DNA from: an uncultured Candidatus Saccharibacteria bacterium
GTDB taxonomy: Bacteria > Patescibacteriota > Minisyncoccia > Phycocordibacterales > SBAW01
Assembly (NCBI GenBank): GCA_964349675.1
Contig: CAYGHD010000004.1
Span: 1 to 54,387, forward strand
Direction: 5' to 3'
Length of the DNA stretch: 54,387 nt
Shown here: one piece after another, positions 1-5,499 of the stretch
Position numbering within the stretch: position 1 is the first letter of the stretch
Layout of the letters: every line of letters starts with the position of its first letter
Notes under the pieces: generated by a model
Databases searched by the model: none
The model's input: only the letters and a program-made list of their open reading frames with translations
Told to the model about the DNA's origin: nothing
Program-made: the position numbers and the translations under genes

Positions 1-252
1 GTTTCCTTTCTCTTGTGAGAGAGAAACGGAAAACTTGAGAACCGCAATAATTTGTTGTTGCGTCCTTCCATATATTTTTATATACGAGGACGAAATCCTG
101 AGACTAGTATTAGTAGTCGTAGGATTATATTTTTCTACAGTATTTTTTACCTTTGCCCATCTCCACCAAGCTGAAAAGACCCATGTGGGAAATTTCTTAG
201 TAGGATGGAATTCGTGTTTTCAAAGAAGCTCGCACCAACAGATTTTTCCCAA

Positions 253-277
253 TAAAAAAGCCGCTTTTGGAAGCGGC
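253..277 (-). terminator. Intrinsic terminator (stem GCCGCTT / AAGCGGC, loop ttgg, U-run on minus strand)
   Basis: 7-bp GC-rich hairpin at 260-277. It is preceded on the plus strand by AAAAAA (254-259), which reads as a U-tract on the minus strand. Confidence 0.6.
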
Positions 278-338
278 GGCGAGCCACAGGCTTACCGTCT
301 CTTCTTATGGTCGCTTTAATGTGGTCAACATATCTGTA
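253..338 (-). ncRNA. Candidate small transcript of about 85 nt, function unknown
   Basis: Bounded by a sigma70-like promoter (345-373) and the terminator at 253-277. The only ORF here (147..341) uses a TTG start and runs through the terminator hairpin. An internal CCACA/TGTGG stem lies at 284-288/320-324. Confidence 0.3.
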
Positions 339-344
339 CAAAGG

Positions 345-373
345 AGTATATAGGAGTATAAAAGGCGTGTCAA
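345..373 (-). promoter_or_regulatory. Sigma70-like promoter TTGACA-17 nt-TATACT
   Basis: On the minus strand, TTGACA lies at 373-368 and TATACT at 350-345, with an exact 17-nt spacer. Confidence 0.5.
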
Positions 374-402
374 ATTATACATCTCTGGGAGTCGGCTGAT
401 AC

Positions 403-429
403 AAAAACACCCCCAAAGGGGGTGTTTTT
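403..429 (-). terminator. Bidirectional intrinsic terminator (AAAAACACCCCC-aaa-GGGGGTGTTTTT)
   Basis: Perfect 12-bp palindromic arms with A/T runs on both sides, immediately downstream of the stop of the 452..1141 gene. Confidence 0.75.
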
Positions 430-451
430 GGTACAAGTTTGTGAGAGAAAT

Positions 452-1141
452 CTAACGACGATTCTTCATCTCTTCGCGTGTGCGCTCAAGGAAGCGCGCT
501 GCCGCCTCTTGACCACCCAGCCCAAACGAAAGACCGAAGGCAAGTGCAATAGCAACTACCACACCAGTAAAGAGCGTCTGAAGTACACCTTGCGCTATCT
601 GCAACTGCTCCATAGCAGCCAAGATTGCAAAAATCCAAATTGACCAGCGTGCGATTGTTCCTGCAAAACCAGAGGCACCAATACCTGCAGCACGCGCCAT
701 ACCCGTCACCACGCCATATGCAATTTCTGCAATAACTGCTGCGACGAGAATGATCAAGACTGCGATAATCACGTTAGGCAAGAAGCCGATGACTACTTGT
801 TGCAGGAAGAAAGTTACCTGCCCCAACCCAAGTGCTTGCAGTGATGCAATCAAGAATGCGAGGATGATAAACCATTTTACCAACGCACCTACAAATGCCC
901 CCGCATCGAGTTTATATCCAGCGCGAGACACTACTGCTTCAAACCCCGCAGTGCGGAGCGCGTGGTCAACCTTAAGCGCCTTGACCGCCTCAGTAATCAC
1001 CCAGCCCAACCACACAGCGATAACCCAACCGACGATAAAAATAATTATCGCGATCACCAAACTCGGAAGGAAGTTAACGACATTCCACAGCAGATTTAAA
1101 AATGACTGCTGTAGTACAAAACCCCATTGCTGAACGATCAT
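452..1141 (-). CDS. Multi-pass membrane protein, conserved TM-helix-repeat / small mechanosensitive-channel-like
   Basis: 229-aa ORF with several hydrophobic helices separated by short charged loops and a C-terminal charged tail (RFLERTREEMKNRR). The functional family is assigned by general resemblance only. Confidence 0.8.
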   Translation of the reverse strand: MIVQQWGFVLQQSFLNLLWNVVNFLPSLVIAIIIFIVGWVIAVWLGWVITEAVKALKVDHALRTAGFEAVVSRAGYKLDAGAFVGALVKWFIILAFLIASLQALGLGQVTFFLQQVVIGFLPNVIIAVLIILVAAVIAEIAYGVVTGMARAAGIGASGFAGTIARWSIWIFAILAAMEQLQIAQGVLQTLFTGVVVAIALAFGLSFGLGGQEAAARFLERTREEMKNRR

Positions 1142-1249
1142 ACGTATACATGTGTGAATAAATAATAATCTACCGTGACGCCTCTATTGTATACCCCCGG
1201 GGGCTGCCCTTACACCCCAAATGTGGATAAGGAAACAGCAGCCTAAAAA

Positions 1250-1828
1250 TTACTTTCGAGAGATGTTGACCCGGTCGAGCACCACCTTGTGCGTATAGTC
1301 GAGCACATCGCGCACCAGTTTGTCGTTCATATTGAGACGGTAAAACAAGTCGTCAGTTGCCAAGAGCGCGTATCGGATTTCTTTTCCTATTTCCGCTTCG
1401 AGCTGTCGGATGCGTTCACGCAAGATACGCTCTTTCATCCGGTCGCCCACAATGAGCAAGTCGAGGCGGCCATCCCATTCTCCGATAAAAATCCCCGAGA
1501 GCACGACGAGTTTGAGCGTGCCGGTACCACGTAAGCGCTTTACAATATCATCACCGCGAGTGGGTGCGTTGAGCAGTAAATTTTGCAACGCTGCCACATA
1601 GGCAAATGACCCATGCAACATATACCGCAACCCTTTGCCACGGACCGGACGCTCTGTAAGCCCAATGCGACAAAACAAAGTTATCTCGTGACGCGCTTCA
1701 GCGTCTGACACTCGCGCACGTTTTGCAGCATCTGCGATAGTAAATGACTGTCGTGGATTAAACAAAAAGAGGCGCAATAATTTTACTCGCGAGTTCGATC
1801 CAAAGAGTTTCTGTAAATTATCAGTCAT
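1250..1828 (-). CDS. Winged-helix + minimal nucleotidyltransferase-like regulator (hypothetical)
   Basis: The ORF 1250..1972 is trimmed to M49 (MTDNLQKLF...). The N-terminus is HTH-like (FTIADAAKRARVSDAEARHEI). A GxxxG...DLLIVGD signature suggests an NTase fold. Confidence 0.7.
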   Translation of the reverse strand: MTDNLQKLFGSNSRVKLLRLFLFNPRQSFTIADAAKRARVSDAEARHEITLFCRIGLTERPVRGKGLRYMLHGSFAYVAALQNLLLNAPTRGDDIVKRLRGTGTLKLVVLSGIFIGEWDGRLDLLIVGDRMKERILRERIRQLEAEIGKEIRYALLATDDLFYRLNMNDKLVRDVLDYTHKVVLDRVNISRK

Positions 1829-1927
1829 ACGGTATACAACAGTAGTACTAGGGTATTCTATGCAAAAGCACCCACTATTGCAAAGCGTCGCAAGCAACAC
1901 TGAAACACTGTCCCCAACAAACACCAC

Positions 1928-1957
1928 TTGGCACGCACGCGCAGCGTGTGCTATAGT
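1928..1957 (+). promoter_or_regulatory. Sigma70-like promoter TTGGCA-18 nt-TATAGT
   Basis: TTGGCA lies at 1928-1933 and TATAGT at 1952-1957. An ATG follows 9 nt after the -10 box, at 1967. Confidence 0.45.
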
Positions 1958-2096
1958 GTGCGGGCAATGCAATCACAGCTTACACACAAGCGTCGCACCA
2001 AGATTTCTCTCGCGGAGAAAGGTGGCGCCTTGTGTCTGTAAAAATTTTACACATACAAAACATACACCCGCCTTTCTCCCGAAAGGCGGGTTTTTT
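1958..2096 (+). promoter_or_regulatory. Candidate transcription-attenuation leader with 24-codon leader ORF (1967..2041) upstream of the HAD/ATP-grasp operon
   Basis: A long imperfect hairpin spans 1984-2035. Its apical stem pairs TTTCTC (2004-2009) with GAGAAA (2015-2020). An alternative pairing joins 2015-2025 to 2068-2078. The terminator at 2067-2096 lies 23 nt before the HAD start codon. Confidence 0.4.
2067..2096 (+). terminator. Intrinsic terminator CCCGCCTTTC-tccc-GAAAGGCGGG-TTTTTT
   Basis: Perfect 10-bp stem, 4-nt loop and a run of six T. Confidence 0.8.
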
Positions 2097-2119
2097 AGTA
2101 TCAACAAAAAAAATATATT

Positions 2120-2569
2120 ATGACACTCAAAAACACACTTATCATCTTCGATTTCAACCGGACGCTTTTTGACCCAGAGGAAGGGTCGCTCATTCCAGGC
2201 GCACATGAGATTCTTGCTCATTTGCAAAATGCAGGAGCCACGCTCTACCTCGTATCTCGTTTGGAGCCCGGGAGAGCAGGTGTGGTGGAGCGTCTTGGGC
2301 TCGACTCATATTTTGCAGGCACTACATTTGTCGAAGAAAAAAGTGCAGAACTGTTTGAAGACATTTTGCAAAAACATCCCGTCCCCCGCGAGCGTGTGTA
2401 TGTTGTCGGCGACCACCTTCATGGAGAAATACGCCACGGAAATAGCTGCCTCTTTCGCACCATTTGGCTAAAGCGCGGCAAGTTCCAAACGCTCACGCCA
2501 GAAGTGCCCGAGGATGTGCCTTGGCGGACGATAACAAACCTTATCGAAACACTGACCCACATCACATAA
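2120..2569 (+). CDS. HAD-superfamily hydrolase (short, capless-like)
   Basis: 149 aa. Motif I reads IIFDFNRTL, i.e. DxNxT in place of the usual DxDxT. The distal acidic motif is VYVVGDHLHGEI. Confidence 0.8.
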   Translation: MTLKNTLIIFDFNRTLFDPEEGSLIPGAHEILAHLQNAGATLYLVSRLEPGRAGVVERLGLDSYFAGTTFVEEKSAELFEDILQKHPVPRERVYVVGDHLHGEIRHGNSCLFRTIWLKRGKFQTLTPEVPEDVPWRTITNLIETLTHIT

Positions 2570-2660
2570 CACATGCGCGCGGGTACTGTGCTGACGGAGT
2601 CTAGAAGCCGTCAGCATGGTGCCTACGAGCACCATAGATTGTTCTTTGAAAGGAATGGAC

Positions 2661-3872
2661 ATGCAGTTCAGCGACCTTGGACTCACTCGCCCCGAACTAG
2701 TCGAACATCTGACACAATGCGGCTACTGGGGCGACGCCCACCGGCGGCAGCGCCACACCTACGTCTTGTCGCCTTGCGCGTATGTTGTGTCGCCTGCGCA
2801 ACATCGGCAACTGGATGAGTTGTCGCGCAGCACGTTTCGCGCGCTTGAGCATTTACAGCACGACTTGTGGAGTGTTGCACAAGATGCCGCACGGCCAAAT
2901 GCCGCAGCGCGCTTTTTGCGCTTGGCAACCCATGCCTCGCGTGGACTCCTCACGCCACATGATGGTCGGCTGGACGTGCCGCCGTACATCAAACTGGATC
3001 TCGTGCAAACCCCAGCGGGCGAATATCGTATTGTCGAAGTTGATGCGCATAACCCGCGAGGACTTCCCTATATCGCTTTTCTGGAAGGAACGCCGAAGCT
3101 TCCAGACCAGCGCTATCGCGGCATGGACGTGCTTTGCGCGATGCTCCGGCGTAAAACCGCACCCATCACTGCCCCCTGGACGCTCTTGGTGTCACACTAT
3201 GAGCGATACTATCTGCCCGCATTTGAGGTGTTGTGCGACACGCTCAACCAGCGCGGCATCGAAACGCGCATCGTGGAAGAAAAAGATGCGGCTGCGCTGC
3301 TGCAAGAAGATGCATCGCTCCACCTGCTCGCCATCCCTGAGTCTTTGTGCATGTACGATGGAGCGGACAGTGCCTTGAGGGACACTCTGATGCGCCGATA
3401 TCGTGCGGGCACCTTGGCAACACTCTTTCCTCCAGCCGCATACTTAGGGTCAAAAGCATTCCTGCCCTATTTGCGCGCCCAGCCAGGGATGGAAGCGCAC
3501 ATGCCCCCATCCGCTTTGGTCGGCAAAGGCTGTGCAACGCCGCACATCAACGGCACGCCCGTGGTGTTGAAAAAAGCGATGTCTGCGGGAATGAAGGGAG
3601 TGGTGATGCCTGGCGCCCCTGAGTTTGACATTCGTTTGCAAGAAGCGCAGGCGATGCATCCGTCATGGATCGTGCAAGACATGGTCGAGCAAGAGCCGCT
3701 GCCGGTGACCGTATTTACCGACACGGGTGAACGCACCACACGAGCATACTATCTGCGCGTCACCGCGTATGCGTCGCAGCACGGCATTATCTATGCGGAA
3801 GTAACGGGACGGCAAACCAAAGACGTGCATGGCGCGCCGGACTGCATTCAAGTTCCTACCATTCTGGCATAA
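2661..3872 (+). CDS. Circularly permuted / pre-ATP-grasp family ligase (glutathionylspermidine-synthase-like)
   Basis: The ORF is 2616..3872. ATG 2661 is preferred because AAAGGA lies 6 nt upstream; 2616 and 2655 are alternatives. Signatures include YIKLDLVQTPAGEYRIVEVDAHNPRG, VVLKKAMSAGMKGVV, WIVQDMVEQ and YYLRVTAY...VTGRQ...VHGAPD. GC content is visibly higher than in the flanks. Confidence 0.65.
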   Translation: MQFSDLGLTRPELVEHLTQCGYWGDAHRRQRHTYVLSPCAYVVSPAQHRQLDELSRSTFRALEHLQHDLWSVAQDAARPNAAARFLRLATHASRGLLTPHDGRLDVPPYIKLDLVQTPAGEYRIVEVDAHNPRGLPYIAFLEGTPKLPDQRYRGMDVLCAMLRRKTAPITAPWTLLVSHYERYYLPAFEVLCDTLNQRGIETRIVEEKDAAALLQEDASLHLLAIPESLCMYDGADSALRDTLMRRYRAGTLATLFPPAAYLGSKAFLPYLRAQPGMEAHMPPSALVGKGCATPHINGTPVVLKKAMSAGMKGVVMPGAPEFDIRLQEAQAMHPSWIVQDMVEQEPLPVTVFTDTGERTTRAYYLRVTAYASQHGIIYAEVTGRQTKDVHGAPDCIQVPTILA

Positions 3873-3881
3873 CTTACAGAC

Positions 3882-3916
3882 ACACCTCCGAGCCAAAAAC
3901 TTGGGGGTGTTTTTTA
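3882..3916 (+). terminator. Intrinsic terminator after the ATP-grasp gene
   Basis: ACACCTCC (3882-3889) pairs with GGGGGTGT (3903-3910) and is followed by TTTTTT. Confidence 0.6.
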
Positions 3917-3945
3917 TAAAAAATGCCTACTCAAAGAGAGTAGGC
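3911..3945 (-). terminator. Intrinsic terminator on the minus strand (GCCTACTC-tcttt-GAGTAGGC-ATTTTTT)
   Basis: 8-bp perfect stem at 3925-3932/3938-3945, with a T-run on the minus strand. No annotated minus-strand gene ends here. Confidence 0.6.
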
Positions 3946-4036
3946 GGAATGTGGAGAGAAGAGAAAGATTGGAAGAAAGAACTAAAGAGAACGAGGAGGG
4001 GTGAAAAAGAACTGGAGGAAGAAGAGAGGGGTGGAG
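3945..4036. other. Polypurine (plus strand) / polypyrimidine (minus strand) tract of about 90 nt, rich in GGA/GAGG
   Basis: Read directly from the sequence: cggaatgtggagagaagagaaagattggaagaaagaactaaagagaacgaggaggggtgaaaaagaactggaggaagaagagaggggtggagcg. It is roughly 85 percent purine with at least 7 GGA triplets. Confidence 0.7.
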
Positions 4037-4183
4037 CGTGTATAAAAACAGAGGCTCAAAAAATTGCGCGATCGCGATTATGCAATCATGCAGCTGGTAT
4101 TACCCACCAGACCCCCGCTGTCAGTCCCATCTTAAGACAGGGCATCCACCTATTACTACTACAGCGCAGCAGCGAAGGTTACA

Positions 4184-4217
4184 AAATACAAAAATCCGGC
4201 AAGATGCCGGATTTTTG
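4184..4217 (-). terminator. Bidirectional intrinsic terminator downstream of rplL (ATCCGGC-aagat-GCCGGAT)
   Basis: 7-bp stem flanked by AAAAA and TTTTT. Confidence 0.75.
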
Positions 4218-4246
4218 TGACAAGGGTAACCCTTGTATAGAAGAAA

Positions 4247-4660
4247 TTATTTCAACTCAACTTTGCCGCCAGCAGCTTCGACCGCCGCTTTGAGTTTGTC
4301 TGCATCCTCCTTCTTCATCCCCTCCTTGAGCATGGTTGGGACTGCGTCAACCAAATCTTTTGCCTCTTTAAGGCCAAGACCGAGCGCGTCTTTCACTGCT
4401 TTGATAACCTGCACCTTTTGAGCACCTGAGTCAGTGAGCTGTGCGTTGAACGAGGTCTTCTCTTCTGCTGCCTCACCTGCCGCAGCAGGCCCTGCAACCG
4501 CAACGGCTGCAGCCGAGACACCCCAATGTGCCTCAAGCACTTTGACGAGCTCGTGGAGCTCAAGCACTGACATTTTTTCTACCGCACTGACAACGTCTTT
4601 AAACTTTGCCGGAATTTCTACTGCTGCCGTTTCTGCAACAGTGGTTGTTTCATCTGCCAT
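4247..4660 (-). CDS. rplL: 50S ribosomal protein L7/L12
   Basis: 137 aa with an Ala-rich hinge. The C-terminal domain reads [24 protein letters not shown]...[21 protein letters not shown]. Confidence 0.97.
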   Translation of the reverse strand: MADETTTVAETAAVEIPAKFKDVVSAVEKMSVLELHELVKVLEAHWGVSAAAVAVAGPAAAGEAAEEKTSFNAQLTDSGAQKVQVIKAVKDALGLGLKEAKDLVDAVPTMLKEGMKKEDADKLKAAVEAAGGKVELK

Positions 4661-4670
4661 ATATTTTTAA

Positions 4671-5159
4671 TTATTCTCCCTTCTCAGCTTTTGCGTTCAA
4701 GACGACTGCAAAGCGCTGGCGGGGGCTGTTAATGAGTTGTACAAACTGCGCACGGAGTGTCTGCAACCCTGGGATAGCCGCGATTGCTTTTATCTCTGTT
4801 GCATCGACATACTTGCCGCCAAAGACACCGCCCGCAAAGGCCAAGTGCTCGGGAAACTTTTTGACAAAGACTGCGAGCTCACGCGCTGGCGCGAGTTCAT
4901 CTTTGCTGTATGCAATGGCAACCTCACCTTCAAGCGCTGGGAAGTCACCAGCAAAGTTTTGTGCATCGAGCGCGCGGCGCACGAGCGTTTTCTTTGCGAC
5001 AGTGTACCCAACCTCTTGCGCGCGGAGTGCGCGGCGGAGCTCGCTTTGCTCAGACACTGGCAAGCCTTTGAACTTTGCAAAGACCAGCGTGGATGCACCT
5101 GACACGATATCCGTGACTTTTGCGACAATCTCCTCTTTCTTTTCTCTTGTAATTGCCAT
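4671..5159 (-). CDS. rplJ: 50S ribosomal protein L10
   Basis: The ORF 4671..5213 is trimmed to M19 (MAITREKKEEIV...). It has L10-like sequence and lies immediately upstream of rplL. Confidence 0.93.
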   Translation of the reverse strand: MAITREKKEEIVAKVTDIVSGASTLVFAKFKGLPVSEQSELRRALRAQEVGYTVAKKTLVRRALDAQNFAGDFPALEGEVAIAYSKDELAPARELAVFVKKFPEHLAFAGGVFGGKYVDATEIKAIAAIPGLQTLRAQFVQLINSPRQRFAVVLNAKAEKGE

Positions 5160-5330
5160 ACCAATTTTAATTATCGGAAAGAGCGTTTCCGTTTGTTCTG
5201 AAGGCTTCGACACCCTTTCTTACTGCTCTTCGCAGCAAGGGTTTAAGAGTTTCGACCTCGGCAGGCGCTCTTGTGGAGCATTACGGGGCTTGTCGCCCGA
5301 CCCACTGTCTCTAGCCTTATGCAAAAAAGA
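5160..5330 (-). promoter_or_regulatory. Possible L10-leader-type structured 5' UTR of rplJL
   Basis: 170-nt non-coding segment upstream of rplJ with several GC-rich helices and a repeated GTCGAA motif. The call rests on position only and no covariance model was run. Confidence 0.25.
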
Positions 5331-5474
5331 TTACCGTGGCAATGCCACATTGTCAACGGCAGCAGGCTCCTCCATCTGGGCAGAGGTAACAATAACCACT
5401 ACAAACGCTGCGCTGATTATCAGCAAAAACCCTATCAAAAACTTCATAAACGTAGGCGTTGCGTACCGGCTCAT
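5331..5474 (-). CDS. Possible small membrane protein (47 aa)
   Basis: MSRYATPTFMKFLIGFLLIISAAFVVVIVTSAQ... contains one clear TM helix. AGGATAGGGG lies just upstream of the ATG. No homology support. Confidence 0.3.
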   Translation of the reverse strand: MSRYATPTFMKFLIGFLLIISAAFVVVIVTSAQMEEPAAVDNVALPR

Positions 5475-5499
5475 ATCCCCTATCCTAGCACAAACAAGG

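Noticed and set aside
147-341. 64-aa minus-strand ORF, and 35..319 on the plus strand, at the left edge.
   Set aside because: The minus-strand ORF uses a TTG start and reads straight through an intrinsic terminator hairpin. The plus-strand ORF lies in AT-rich hairpin-dense DNA with no start context. The region is treated as non-coding.
342-361. Tandem 10-nt repeat aggagtatat/aggagtataa, considered as a CRISPR or microsatellite.
   Set aside because: There are only two copies with no spacers, and the repeat overlaps a promoter -10 region. No CRISPR array is present in the window.
1984-2035. Long hairpin considered as a small SRP (4.5S) RNA or 6S-like RNA.
   Set aside because: I could not find the conserved SRP domain IV features, namely the GNRA tetraloop and the AGCA/GGAA symmetric-loop motifs. 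The position immediately upstream of a terminator and an operon fits a cis-acting leader better.
3829-4293. 154-aa plus-strand ORF spanning the purine-rich spacer.
   Set aside because: The translation is low-complexity (EEKDWKKELKRTRRGEKELEEEERGG). The ORF starts inside the preceding gene, crosses two terminator hairpins and ends antisense inside rplL. It is best explained as a compositional artefact of the GA-rich tract.
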